Of a DNA stretch of 64,000 nucleotides, positions 27,052 to 36,589 are shown one piece after another. The number at the start of each line of letters is the position of its first letter. The stretch's first letter is position 1. Below the pieces are notes generated by a model. The model saw nothing but the letters and a program-made list of their open reading frames with translations, was not told where the DNA came from and made no database searches. Made by a program: the position numbers and the translations under genes. This DNA comes from Dehalococcoidia bacterium (lineage in GTDB: Bacteria > Chloroflexota > Dehalococcoidia > Lucifugimonadales > UBA2962), in the NCBI GenBank assembly GCA_965250195.1, contig OZ252295.1:1818887-1882886 (forward strand), in the 5' to 3' direction.

Positions 27052-28086
27052 ATGGTCACCATCGCCGACGGCATCCACTCCAGCCCCGACCTGCCCGCCG
27101 TCGCCGCCGACATGGCCCGAGCCGCAACGCGGCTCATCGACTCGTTTTCCCCCGAGCAGAAGGCCCGCGCCCTGTACTCGGAAGACCACTACGAGCGCCT
27201 CTACTGGAACTACGCCCCCATGAAGTACCGGGGGTTGCTGCTGGGCGAAATGGACGCCGACCAGTTGGCGATGACCTTCGACCTGCTCGCCACCGGCATG
27301 TCCGACGACGGCGCCGATCGCGCCCGCCGCATCGCCAATCTCGAAGTGGTGTTGGGCGAAATGGAGCGTGACGCGGGCACCGGCATGTTCCAGCGCGACC
27401 CCGGCCTCTATTACCTGCGGGTGTTTGGAACCCCCGGCACCGATGTATGGTCTTGGAGCCTGAACGGTCACCACATATACGTCGCCTTCACCATCGTGGC
27501 GGGCTGTGCCATCGCGTCGACCCCCAACTTCCTCGGCTCCAACCCCGCCCTGGTGCCCCACGGCTACGACGGTGCGGGCAGCGGCGTGCTGTGGGACACA
27601 GACGAGCGTGCTCGCGAGTTGCTCAGTTCGTTAGACAAAGGACAACGATCTAAGGCCGTCGTCAGTGACCTGGCGCCGCTGGATATCTACACCCTAAACT
27701 CGCCCATCCTCGTCGATGGCCCCGGTTCGGTACTCCCTCCGTCGGGGTTGTCTGTAGCCGACATGAGTTCGAGCCAACGTGAACGGCTGTGTGACCTCGT
27801 CGCGGGCTACGTCAACCGGCTGCGGCCGGAGCTTGCCGCGCCCATATTGGACGGTCTAAAACACGACGACTTCGGACGCTTCGACTTCAGCTGGGCGGGC
27901 GGCGACCAGCCCGGCCAGGGCCGCTACTTCCGGATACACAGGTTGCAACCGGGAAGCTTCCTAATAGAGCAGGACAATGTGCAGAACGAAGCTAACCACA
28001 TCCACTCCGTGATGAGAGACCTCGACGAAGACTTCGGCGTCAACCTCCTGCGCCACCACTACGAGACGGCGCACCTCCACGATTGA
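27052..28086 (+). CDS. DUF3500-like protein
   Basis: 344 aa. LNGHHIYVAF and NHIHSVMRD motifs recalled as typical of DUF3500. Family assigned from memory only. Confidence 0.7.
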   Translation: MVTIADGIHSSPDLPAVAADMARAATRLIDSFSPEQKARALYSEDHYERLYWNYAPMKYRGLLLGEMDADQLAMTFDLLATGMSDDGADRARRIANLEVVLGEMERDAGTGMFQRDPGLYYLRVFGTPGTDVWSWSLNGHHIYVAFTIVAGCAIASTPNFLGSNPALVPHGYDGAGSGVLWDTDERARELLSSLDKGQRSKAVVSDLAPLDIYTLNSPILVDGPGSVLPPSGLSVADMSSSQRERLCDLVAGYVNRLRPELAAPILDGLKHDDFGRFDFSWAGGDQPGQGRYFRIHRLQPGSFLIEQDNVQNEANHIHSVMRDLDEDFGVNLLRHHYETAHLHD

Positions 28087-28664
28087 CCGCACCTGAGCCC
28101 GAGAGAGGCAGTGGGTACGAGTACAAGCCCGACTACCCCGATTACCAGGAAGAAGGGGAGAACCCGCCTCCTGGAGGCGATCCTGACGACCTCGACCCTA
28201 ACGGAGACGTAAGGGAAGAGGGCGAACGGGGCGGTTATTACGACTCAGACAAAGATGAGTCGGGAGGCACGATCAAGCGCCTGCAACTCGGCTGCGGCGC
28301 GCTCATCATCATCGGCCTCGTTCTGGCCATCGTAGTGCCCGTCGTCGGGTCTTTCGGCGGCGGCGATGGTGGGGGCCATGTTGGCGGCCCCGGCGCCGAC
28401 GCTTGCGGCGAATTCCAGGGCCTGGTCGAAGACTCCCAGGGCGGGGGAGTCCCCATCGACGCCGATTTCGTCAGCAGAGTCGCCCGCATATCGGAGCTGG
28501 GTGCGGACGCCGAGTCGCCCATCCGTGACTCCAGCGCGGCGCTGCACATAGCGGCCAGCGTGGTGATGGCCGGCTCCCTCAGCGAGCCCGAGGTGGCTGA
28601 GATATACGCCCAGACCGACAACCTTATCCAGGCCTGCGGTAACGCCGGGTATTTTTCACAGTAA
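28083..28664 (+). CDS. hypothetical single-pass membrane protein with acidic N-terminus
   Basis: 193 aa with one TM (LGCGALIIIGLVLAIVVPVV). TTG start overlaps the upstream stop (TTGA). Confidence 0.55.
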   Translation: MTAPEPERGSGYEYKPDYPDYQEEGENPPPGGDPDDLDPNGDVREEGERGGYYDSDKDESGGTIKRLQLGCGALIIIGLVLAIVVPVVGSFGGGDGGGHVGGPGADACGEFQGLVEDSQGGGVPIDADFVSRVARISELGADAESPIRDSSAALHIAASVVMAGSLSEPEVAEIYAQTDNLIQACGNAGYFSQ

Positions 28665-28806
28665 TTTGCCCGGAACAGGCCAACACAGGTAAATTAGAGC
28701 CCGACCGGGGTCAATTCGTTCTGGGCGCGTAGGCGGCGCGCAGGCCCTGCTTTTCGACCATTTTTTGCCCGGCCGCGCCGGCCGTGGCCCTGTGAGCGTG
28801 GCAATT

Positions 28807-29913
28807 ATGAGAATTGACCGACTAGACGTTTATTACGTGGCGATGCCGCTTATCGCGCCCTGGCGTACGGCCTACGGCGCCGACTACGACATCCACTCCG
28901 TGCTGGTGAAGGCCACCAGCGGCGACCACTACGGCTGGGCCGAGTCCACCCCCTTCTTCGCCCCTACTTACCTCAGTGAGAGCGCCGGTGGCGCCTATTA
29001 CCACGTCACCGAGGTCTTCGGCCCCCAGGTCGTCGGCCGCGAATTCGACACCGCCGCAGACCTCAACGACGCGCTGGCGATATTTAAGGGAAACAGTTTC
29101 GCCAAAGCCGCCATCGAGATCGCCTGGTGGACTCTGCAAAGCAACATCACCGGCACGCCATTGCATCGCCTGTTGGGAGGCGAGACGCGCGAGATCGTCG
29201 CCGGTGCCGACTTCGGCATTCAGGACACCATCGATATCCTTCTCGAATCCATCCAGGGTGCGGTCGACTCGGGCTTCCCGCGGGTCAAGTTGAAGGCCGC
29301 GCCGGGCTGGGACATCGACATGCTCAAGGCCGTTCGGTCCACCTTTCCGGACATGACCTTCCACATCGACTGCAACTCCGGTTACACGCTCGACGACCTG
29401 CCGCTGTTCAAAGAGATCGACAAAATCGGCCTGGCCTTCATTGAGCAGCCGCTGCACTGGAACGACGTGCTCGACCACGCCGAGCTTGCCCGCAAAATTG
29501 AAACGCCGGTGTGCCTGGACGAAACCGTGCACTCGGTGAAGGCCGCCGAGCAGGCCATAGCCGTTGGGGCGTGCAAATACATCAACATAAAGCCGGGCAG
29601 GGTAGGGGGTTTGCACAACGTAAAGCTCATACACGACATGGCGCGGGACGCGGGCATACCCGTTTGGGTCGGCGGCATGCTAGAGAGCGCGCTGGGCGGC
29701 GCCATCTGCGTCGAGGTGGCCACGCTGGCCAACTTCACCTACCCCGGCGACCTTTTCGAGTCCTCGCGCTTCTACGTCGAGGACCTGTGCGAGCCGCCCA
29801 CCGTCATGACCCCTAATCACACCTTCATGCCCTACGAAGGCCGCCTGCCCGAGCCCGATCCAGATCGTCTGGAAAAACTTAAGAGACATCATGCCACGGT
29901 GCTGCCGCAATGA
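28807..29913 (+). CDS. enolase-superfamily o-succinylbenzoate synthase / N-acyl(succinyl)amino-acid racemase family
   Basis: RVKLKAAPG (KxK), HIDCN, IEQP, LDE and IKPGRVGG motifs. Start set at ATG 28807 (MRIDRLDVYYV...); the ORF track begins 42 nt earlier. Confidence 0.85.
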   Translation: MRIDRLDVYYVAMPLIAPWRTAYGADYDIHSVLVKATSGDHYGWAESTPFFAPTYLSESAGGAYYHVTEVFGPQVVGREFDTAADLNDALAIFKGNSFAKAAIEIAWWTLQSNITGTPLHRLLGGETREIVAGADFGIQDTIDILLESIQGAVDSGFPRVKLKAAPGWDIDMLKAVRSTFPDMTFHIDCNSGYTLDDLPLFKEIDKIGLAFIEQPLHWNDVLDHAELARKIETPVCLDETVHSVKAAEQAIAVGACKYINIKPGRVGGLHNVKLIHDMARDAGIPVWVGGMLESALGGAICVEVATLANFTYPGDLFESSRFYVEDLCEPPTVMTPNHTFMPYEGRLPEPDPDRLEKLKRHHATVLPQ

Positions 29914-30407
29914 CCGACCCGGCGAGCAAGGTAAACGACGCGCTGGCGGCCTGGGGGATTGAGCACGAGATTATAGAAATCGACCCCGACTTCGCGGACA
30001 CCGCCCAGTTCTGCGAGAAGTACGGCTACCCGCCCGAGCGCAGTGCCAACACCATCCTGGTTGCGTCAAAAAAGGGCCCCGAGCAGTACTGCGCCTGTGT
30101 CGTACTCGCCAGTACGCAGTTGGACGTCAACAAGCGCGTGCGCAAGCTCATGGGGGTTCGCCGCGTCTCGTTCGCGTCCGCTGACCAGACGAAAGACGTC
30201 ACCGGCATGATGATCGGCGGTGTGACGCCATTCGGCCTACCCGGGGACGTGCCGATCTATGTGGACGAGGGAATCGACGGCCTCGACTACGTGATTCTGG
30301 GTTCTGGCAGCCGGTCCTCGAAGGTAAAAATGCCCGGCGGAGAGTTTTCCAAAGTTCCCGGCGCCCGGTTCATCTCCGAACTCGCCGTCCAGCGCAAGAC
30401 AGACTGA
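29910..30407 (+). CDS. YbaK/EbsC-type aminoacyl-tRNA deacylase domain protein
   Basis: 165 aa. NTILVASKKG...CVVLAS...GGVTPFG pattern. Start overlaps the upstream stop (ATGA). Confidence 0.75.
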   Translation: MTDPASKVNDALAAWGIEHEIIEIDPDFADTAQFCEKYGYPPERSANTILVASKKGPEQYCACVVLASTQLDVNKRVRKLMGVRRVSFASADQTKDVTGMMIGGVTPFGLPGDVPIYVDEGIDGLDYVILGSGSRSSKVKMPGGEFSKVPGARFISELAVQRKTD

Positions 30408-30414
30408 AATGCTG

Positions 30415-30479
30415 ATTGCGAAAGCGATGAGGCCATGAGCCGAAGAAGCCCTGACGAGCGAACCCCGTGAGCGGAGAAC
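30415..30479 (+). repeat. conserved leader element, copy A
   Basis: attgcgaaagcgatgaggccatgagccgaagaagccctgacgagcgaaccccgtgagcggagaac. The 38-mer at 30423-30460 is identical to the reverse complement of 54151-54188. Confidence 0.85.
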
Positions 30480-31621
30480 GTGCTTTAGCCGGCCAGCGCC
30501 CGACGTGGGTCGAGATTGACCTCGACCGGCTGGTCGCCAACTACCGGGCCGTCAGCGACCACCTGCCGTCCGGCGTCACCGTGATGGCCGTCGTCAAGGC
30601 CGACGGCTACGGCCACGGCGCCGCCCGGGTGGTCGCGGCCTTGCAGGACGCAGGCGCCAAGACCTTTGGCGTCGCCATCACCGAAGAGGCTGTGGACCTA
30701 AGAGACGCCGGTGTATCCGGGGCGATCCTCGTATTCGGCGGCTGCTTCCCCGGTCAAGAAGAGACCTTCGTGGAGTTGGGACTCACCCCGACCGTGTACG
30801 ACATGGCAGCCCTTGAGCGACTCTCAAAAGCCGCTCTGGCGAAGAAGCAAGTCGTCGGCTACCACCTCAAACTCGACACCGGCATGGGCAGGTTGGGCAT
30901 TGGGCCTGACGACGTGGCCGGATTCGTGAAAGAGGCCGCCGGTCACAAGGGCGCGCGGCTGGAAGGCGTCTTCTCGCACCTCTCCTCTGCCGATGAGGAC
31001 GATCTGGCCTACACCCGTCAGCAGATCCACATATACACCGAGGCCGTCGACGCCATCGAGGCCGCCGGTCACCACCACATAGTTCGCCACGTCGCCAACA
31101 GCGCGGGCACGCTGCTGCACAGCGGCTCGTGGTTCGACATGGTCCGGGCGGGGCTCTCGCTCTACGGCATACACCCTTCCAGGCACCGGGGCACCGTTGA
31201 TCTGGCCCCCGTCATGTCGTTCAAGACGCGCATCGCGTTTGTGAAGACCGTGCCGGTCGGCACCGCGCTCGGTTACAACCGCACCTTCAAGACCGACCGC
31301 TCTTCGCTCATCGCCACGCTGCCGGTGGGCTACGCCGACGGCCTGGCCCGCCTCGCGTCCAACAAGGGCCACGTGCTAATCGGGGGCGCACAGGCCCCAA
31401 TAGTGGGCAACATCAGCATGGACACCACGCTCGTTGATATTACAGAAATCTCAGGTGTGGGACCGGGCGACGAAGTCGTGCTCATCGGGACCCAGGGTGA
31501 CGGCAAGATAAGCGCCCGCGAGGCGGGGCGGTGGGCGTCTACCATCCCCTACGAAGTGGTCTGCCGCATCAGTGCCCGTGTGCCGAGAATATATCTAAGC
31601 GCGGGCGAAGCAGAAAGTTAG
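30467..31621 (+). CDS. alr: alanine racemase
   Basis: 384 aa. RPTWVEIDL start and VVKADGYGHG PLP-lysine motif. The GTG start lies inside leader copy A. Confidence 0.9.
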   Translation: MSGERALAGQRPTWVEIDLDRLVANYRAVSDHLPSGVTVMAVVKADGYGHGAARVVAALQDAGAKTFGVAITEEAVDLRDAGVSGAILVFGGCFPGQEETFVELGLTPTVYDMAALERLSKAALAKKQVVGYHLKLDTGMGRLGIGPDDVAGFVKEAAGHKGARLEGVFSHLSSADEDDLAYTRQQIHIYTEAVDAIEAAGHHHIVRHVANSAGTLLHSGSWFDMVRAGLSLYGIHPSRHRGTVDLAPVMSFKTRIAFVKTVPVGTALGYNRTFKTDRSSLIATLPVGYADGLARLASNKGHVLIGGAQAPIVGNISMDTTLVDITEISGVGPGDEVVLIGTQGDGKISAREAGRWASTIPYEVVCRISARVPRIYLSAGEAES

Positions 31622-31627
31622 GGCGCG

Positions 31628-33001
31628 CTAGGCCCTGGTCGCCGGTTCGGCCCCGGTGTCAGTTCTGGCGCTTGGGGAGCCGCCCGAGCCGAACTCCTCG
31701 CCGGACCGGGTGACGAACAGAATCGCCAGGACCGTTGCTACGATCAGGCCGACCACCGAAGCGGTCTGGCCCAGCCCCAGGCCCAGGCTGGGTCCGTGGC
31801 CGAACCACAGCTTGTCTGCGGCGATCAACCCCCACATGACCGGGCCGACAATCGTCCCTAGCCTGCCGGTCAGGCTTTGCAGACCGAAGAACTGACCGGC
31901 ATGCTCGGCAGGAGTTATCTTCAGCAGCAGTGGCCTGTCGGTGACCCAGGTCCCGGCCACCATGAACCCGCTGGCCGCGCCAATGGCCCAGTAGAGATCG
32001 GGCGGCAGATCCAGCCAGGGAATGGCCACCGTGCCCAGCAGCACCGCTAGCCACGCCGCCAGGACGATCTTCATCGACAGGAACGGCCCAGAGCGATCGA
32101 CCAGTTTGCCCCACAGCGGCGCCGACGCCATGGCCGCGACAATCCCCACCGCCAGCACCCACCACACCTTGTATTCGCTGAATCCGATAGTCTCGGTGCC
32201 GTACCGGAAGGCGAAAAGAGCCGCTGTGTTCACCGCCAGGTAGTACCAGAACCGCCCGATGAGCAGGCTGCGCAGGCCGGGGTATAACTCGGTGTGTCGC
32301 ATCGTCTCGGCGAGGTCGGTGAACGCGCCCTGGAACCCCCGACCCACCCGGTCGGAGGGCGTTTGCGTCTCCTCCCGCAACTCCCTGGGCCGCTCGCGCA
32401 GCAAAATCAGTACTGGCACCGTCATCACCAGCATGAGCACGGCGATCACCCTGAACGCCGTCACATAGTCCTCGTCAAAATGGAGCCCCACCCCAACAGC
32501 CAGCAGCGCACCCAGGTAACCGATGCCCGCGCCCATGGAGCCGATGAACCCGCGGTTGCCCTCGTGACTCACCTCCACCAACAGTGCGTTATAGATCACG
32601 GTGCCAACGTGCATGGTCACCACTGCGGCGATGAACAGCAACACCGTCGCCTCTTGGCTCCCCGCTCCGAGTAGGAGCGTGGCGGCAATGCCGATCATGG
32701 AAACAACAGCGAGAAACGGCAGGCGGCGTCTGGCGTTGTCAGACATCGCGCCAATGACCGGAGCCACCATCAGGTTGATGACCATGGCGATGGCCACGAT
32801 TAAGGCGATGGTGGCGTCGTTGCCACCCTGGACGTTGCCTACCCAGAGGGGAAAGAGGGTCCCCATAATGCCGGTGAAAAAGAGCGTATTGGAGACGTCG
32901 TAGACGGCCCAAGAGCCAATCGAAAGCCTGGAAACGGACACGTCGTCAGTACGAGCGTCTGACGTCTCTTCGTGCGCGGAAACTCTCCTGAGTGTTGGCA
33001 T
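31628..33001 (-). CDS. MFS transporter (UMF1/Atg22-like)
   Basis: 457 aa with about 12 hydrophobic helices. Confidence 0.8.
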   Translation of the reverse strand: MPTLRRVSAHEETSDARTDDVSVSRLSIGSWAVYDVSNTLFFTGIMGTLFPLWVGNVQGGNDATIALIVAIAMVINLMVAPVIGAMSDNARRRLPFLAVVSMIGIAATLLLGAGSQEATVLLFIAAVVTMHVGTVIYNALLVEVSHEGNRGFIGSMGAGIGYLGALLAVGVGLHFDEDYVTAFRVIAVLMLVMTVPVLILLRERPRELREETQTPSDRVGRGFQGAFTDLAETMRHTELYPGLRSLLIGRFWYYLAVNTAALFAFRYGTETIGFSEYKVWWVLAVGIVAAMASAPLWGKLVDRSGPFLSMKIVLAAWLAVLLGTVAIPWLDLPPDLYWAIGAASGFMVAGTWVTDRPLLLKITPAEHAGQFFGLQSLTGRLGTIVGPVMWGLIAADKLWFGHGPSLGLGLGQTASVVGLIVATVLAILFVTRSGEEFGSGGSPSARTDTGAEPATRA

Positions 33002-33137
33002 CGGTCCCCCGGGGCCCGTCGGGGAGAGGCACGGCCGCTCGGCCGCAGCCTACCCCGTATCACTAGGCAGCACCAAGATATCCGTCCCGCGTCAGGCGGT
33101 CAACCGGCTAATTCGATACCTTCCCGCCTCGTCTTCG

Positions 33138-34430
33138 CTACTTGGATACGGCCTCGGCTCTCACGGGCTCCAGCGGGTCGCCCAGGTGCTCCGGGGCAGA
33201 CTGCGGCCCCGGCTCCGGTGACTGGGGCGGGGCCAGCGCGATCAGAGCGCCGACGGGCACCAAAATCATGCCTGACAGGGACGCGATAATCAGCGGCAGC
33301 CGCAGCTCCCCGGTCGCCTCCTGCAAAAAGCCCGTCATCACCGGCCCGCCCACCATTCCGACAGAGACAGCCGTCATCACGGCGGCAACCGCCAGGGGGA
33401 TGCGGTCCCGGGTAACCCCGCGCAGCTGAAATGCCGCGCTATACAGCAGCGGGAAATACGCTCCCGAAAGTCCACTGACACCGGCATAAACGATAAGCAG
33501 CGGCAGGCTCCCGGTCAGCGTCATGGCGATATAACCGGCCGTCATCCCCAGGCCCAGTATCACCAGCACCGGGTTCAGCAGTCGCGAGCGCCCCAGCAGG
33601 AACGCCATCGCGACTCCCATAACCCCTCCGACAGCCATATTCAGCGCAAGCAGGCCGCCCGACCACGACAGCGACACGTCATAGCGCTCGAGCATCAGCG
33701 TGGGAAAGAAATTTATGAACGCCGACCATGCCAGCACCGCGCCAGCCATGCCCACGCACGCCAGAACTAGGTCCCTATGAGTCAGCGTCTTGAGCACCGT
33801 CGTTGATACGCTTGTCGTCGCCGGTTCACCTGTGTCGGAGGGACGCGACTTTCCGACCGGGTGCCGGTCGCGGCCGAAGATGAGCCACGCCACGGCGAGC
33901 AGCGCATACATCGCGCCTGACACATAAAAAGTCATGCGCCAATCGCCGCCCAGCGCCCTCAAAATAAATGGTGTCGCCACCAGGCCCGCGCCCATGACAA
34001 AGCCGAACCCTGCGTTGGAAACGCTGTTGACGAACACAATGCGATGGGGCGGAAACCACTGGGCGACCAGAGCGGCGCCGGGCGGTTCCATGGCCATCAG
34101 CGCGATTCCGAAACCGAGTCGGCCGATGAGCAGGTACGCGAACACCGGCGACCAGCCCTGCATAAACACCAGCAACGTACCGATAGCTAGCGTCGAGGCG
34201 ATCACCGCCTTGGGGCTGAACCTCGTGGTCCACCACCCCAGCGGCAGCGTCAGCACCAGGTTTCCCCACGACGAAGCGGCCCCCAGCAGCCCCTGTTGGC
34301 TCGGTGACAGGCCCAGGTCCTCTGCAATAGACGGCATGAGGATGCCGATATTGAACAGGATCACGAAGCCGGTCATGGTGGAGATCAGCCAAAGTCCCAC
34401 CACGACCCAGCCATACGAGGGCCGAGACAT
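33138..34430 (-). CDS. MFS transporter
   Basis: About 12 TM helices. Start set at ATG 34430 (MSRPSYGWVVV...). The ORF-track start 34487 is an alternative. Confidence 0.8.
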   Translation of the reverse strand: MSRPSYGWVVVGLWLISTMTGFVILFNIGILMPSIAEDLGLSPSQQGLLGAASSWGNLVLTLPLGWWTTRFSPKAVIASTLAIGTLLVFMQGWSPVFAYLLIGRLGFGIALMAMEPPGAALVAQWFPPHRIVFVNSVSNAGFGFVMGAGLVATPFILRALGGDWRMTFYVSGAMYALLAVAWLIFGRDRHPVGKSRPSDTGEPATTSVSTTVLKTLTHRDLVLACVGMAGAVLAWSAFINFFPTLMLERYDVSLSWSGGLLALNMAVGGVMGVAMAFLLGRSRLLNPVLVILGLGMTAGYIAMTLTGSLPLLIVYAGVSGLSGAYFPLLYSAAFQLRGVTRDRIPLAVAAVMTAVSVGMVGGPVMTGFLQEATGELRLPLIIASLSGMILVPVGALIALAPPQSPEPGPQSAPEHLGDPLEPVRAEAVSK

Positions 34431-34542
34431 CTCCCCATAATACGGGGAAAACCGGCGGCAATGAAGCAGGAACCGGTGCCGGTACACTCGGCCGGAAGAC
34501 GAACCGTCCAGAGGATGCCCCCCGGGAAAGAAGAGGGTAGAG

Positions 34543-35166
34543 CTAGGCGAACTTCCGGGCCCAGATGGCGCAATGCTCCAGACCGTTGTTGTTCGTGTAG
34601 TACATCAGGCCGCCCAGGGAGTGTTCACTCTCTGCCGGCACCATGACCATGCCCTGCGCCTGGAGGGCGGACACGACCATTGGTGCGTGGAAGAGTTGGA
34701 ACGACCTTTCCACATCGTAGTCCGGGTCGTCCAGAGTGACCGTCCCACGTCCGCACTTGAACACCAGTTGCAGGACTCCGCCGGGCCTCAACACCCTGGC
34801 CAGCTCCGGAATCGTCGTGCGGAACACATCCTCCGGCCGGAGGTGCTGGATCACCGCGTTGCACATGACAAAGTCGAACCCTGCGTCCGGGAAGTCCAAC
34901 GGCTCGGATAAATCGGCGACGTGGACCCGGCCGGTGAGAGACGGATGCAGGCGGAGCGCTGTCTCCACGTTCTGCTCGATGGCGTCGATGCCGACCACGT
35001 CGAGCCCTCGGCCGACCAGGTCCGCCACGTCAATCGCCCCGGCCCCACAGCCCGCATCGAGGCCCCTGGGCCCCGGCGCCATCTCCACCAGTGCGTCGAT
35101 CAGGGAATGGTTGCCCTTCAGGAGGGAGTGGGACGTGTTCGCCCAGACCCGCTGGACCCGGTTCAC
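34543..35166 (-). CDS. class I SAM-dependent methyltransferase
   Basis: 207 aa. LDAGCGAGA motif I and RVLRPGGVL post-motif. Confidence 0.85.
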   Translation of the reverse strand: MNRVQRVWANTSHSLLKGNHSLIDALVEMAPGPRGLDAGCGAGAIDVADLVGRGLDVVGIDAIEQNVETALRLHPSLTGRVHVADLSEPLDFPDAGFDFVMCNAVIQHLRPEDVFRTTIPELARVLRPGGVLQLVFKCGRGTVTLDDPDYDVERSFQLFHAPMVVSALQAQGMVMVPAESEHSLGGLMYYTNNNGLEHCAIWARKFA

Positions 35167-35299
35167 CTGGTTGGCGGCATAGCGGTCGGCGTGGTGCTTG
35201 TAGAAGGCCGGTGATGTGTCGACAGTCCGTGTGCTGCCAACGACACCTGATTTCGTCGCGATAAGACTCCTCCTGCGTGTTGAAAGAAGCTGGTGAAAG

Positions 35300-35382
35300 T
35301 GCCCAGGAAGGGACTCGAACCCCCACTCCCTAACGGGAAGCGGATTTTAAGTCCGCCGCGTCTGCCATTCCGCCACCTGGGC
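35300..35382 (-). tRNA. tRNA-Leu(TAA): tRNA-Leu (anticodon TAA)
   Basis: Sense sequence: GCCCAGGTGGCGGAATGGCAGACGCGGCGGACTTAAAATCCGC...GGGGGTTCGAGTCCCTTCCTGGGCA. Anticodon loop CTTAAAA, long variable arm, no encoded CCA. Confidence 0.9.
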
Positions 35383-35505
35383 GCGCCACACCCTCTGCCA
35401 TCCCTGCGGGCGGCCACCTCGGGACCCGTGCCCATCTTACCAGCCCGGCCCTCACCCGCGCCGTCGGGCAGCTGCCGGTAGCTCGCGATGGCAGTAGGCC
35501 GAGCC

Positions 35506-35916
35506 CTAATCTGGCAGTCGTTCGGCTCCGATCTGGCGCAGGAGGGCGAGCTGGTCAAACACGGCGCGTGTCTCGGAGATTTTGCCGTCTCTTACCCGGT
35601 AGGTGACCATGCTGGGGTAGCGAATCGACGTGCCTGTGGCGGGGATGCCCAGAAACGTGCCCTCGTGGGTGCCGGTGACCGTGATCTGCAGCACCACCCG
35701 GTCACCCTCCGCCGTGACCTCGTCGACATTGTGCACGAGGTCGGGAAAGGCGGCGAAGAACTCGCCGGAGAAGCGCTTGTAAGTCTCCATGTCGAACGGC
35801 TGGTCGCCCTGCATGTAAGTCTGGGCGTCGGCCGTGTACAGGTCCAGGACCGGCCCCGAGTTGCGGTCGAGGGCCTCGATGGTTCTCATAGCAATGGCCT
35901 TGTTTTGTTCGGACAT
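35506..35916 (-). CDS. SnoaL-like / ester-cyclase family protein
   Basis: 136 aa from ATG 35916 (MSEQNKAIAMRTIEALD...), preceded by aggag. The ORF-track 286-aa form has a spurious Arg/Gly-rich N-terminus. Confidence 0.8.
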   Translation of the reverse strand: MSEQNKAIAMRTIEALDRNSGPVLDLYTADAQTYMQGDQPFDMETYKRFSGEFFAAFPDLVHNVDEVTAEGDRVVLQITVTGTHEGTFLGIPATGTSIRYPSMVTYRVRDGKISETRAVFDQLALLRQIGAERLPD

Positions 35917-35978
35917 CGGCTGGCTCCTACATCTACCTGGCCCTCTACCTCGTCCAGTAGGGAGTCGTGCGCTTCGTG

Positions 35979-36578
35979 CTATTGGGGCTCCCGTAGCATC
36001 GCCACGTTCCAGATGTCTGTCTCGGGCATGTCGGCGCGCTCCATCACCCGGAACCCGAAGTGCTCGTAGAGCTCGATGTTGAACTCCGAGTTCGTGTCCA
36101 AAAACACCGGCACCCCCTCGGCGTCGGCACGCTCGAGCATGGGCAGCATGAGCTTGGACGCATGGCCCGCTCCCTGGTGTTGTGGATCGACACCTATTGG
36201 TCCGAGGAACCAGTGCGGCATAGGTGCATTCCGTCTGCGCATCTGCTCTTGCAACTCCAGCCCCACCGTCACCTTGCCCCCGCCGCCGCGGAAAAAGCGC
36301 AGCATGTCCAGGGGTGCGGCCCGCCACATGTGCCGGTACGAGAGGTGAAACCCAGGTGGCTGCCACGCCGCCACCCCTTCGAAGTCGATAGACGTCGCGT
36401 GCACCTCACCGTGCTTACAGATAGCGGCGACCATCGCCCGCCAAAAGGGAGGGAAGCACCGGGCCCGTTCCGCCTCATCCGGCCAGTAGCCGCCCGGAAA
36501 CTCGAAATCCCAAAAAGACCGTCCCAGGGTGTCCGACGCCGCGCTCGCCTGTGACGGGTCCAAGCGCAAAAGGTCCAT
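35979..36578 (-). CDS. GNAT-family N-acetyltransferase
   Basis: 199 aa. Q.QGAGHASKLM acetyl-CoA motif region. Confidence 0.8.
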   Translation of the reverse strand: MDLLRLDPSQASAASDTLGRSFWDFEFPGGYWPDEAERARCFPPFWRAMVAAICKHGEVHATSIDFEGVAAWQPPGFHLSYRHMWRAAPLDMLRFFRGGGGKVTVGLELQEQMRRRNAPMPHWFLGPIGVDPQHQGAGHASKLMLPMLERADAEGVPVFLDTNSEFNIELYEHFGFRVMERADMPETDIWNVAMLREPQ

Positions 36579-36589
36579 CTGGGTTGCCC

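Noticed and set aside
30451-30458. CUGACGAG inside the conserved leader element resembles the hammerhead ribozyme CUGANGA core.
   Set aside because: No stem I or stem II arrangement fits, no GAAA follows a stem II hairpin, and no UH cleavage-site context exists in any copy. Copies C and B do not conserve the heptamer.
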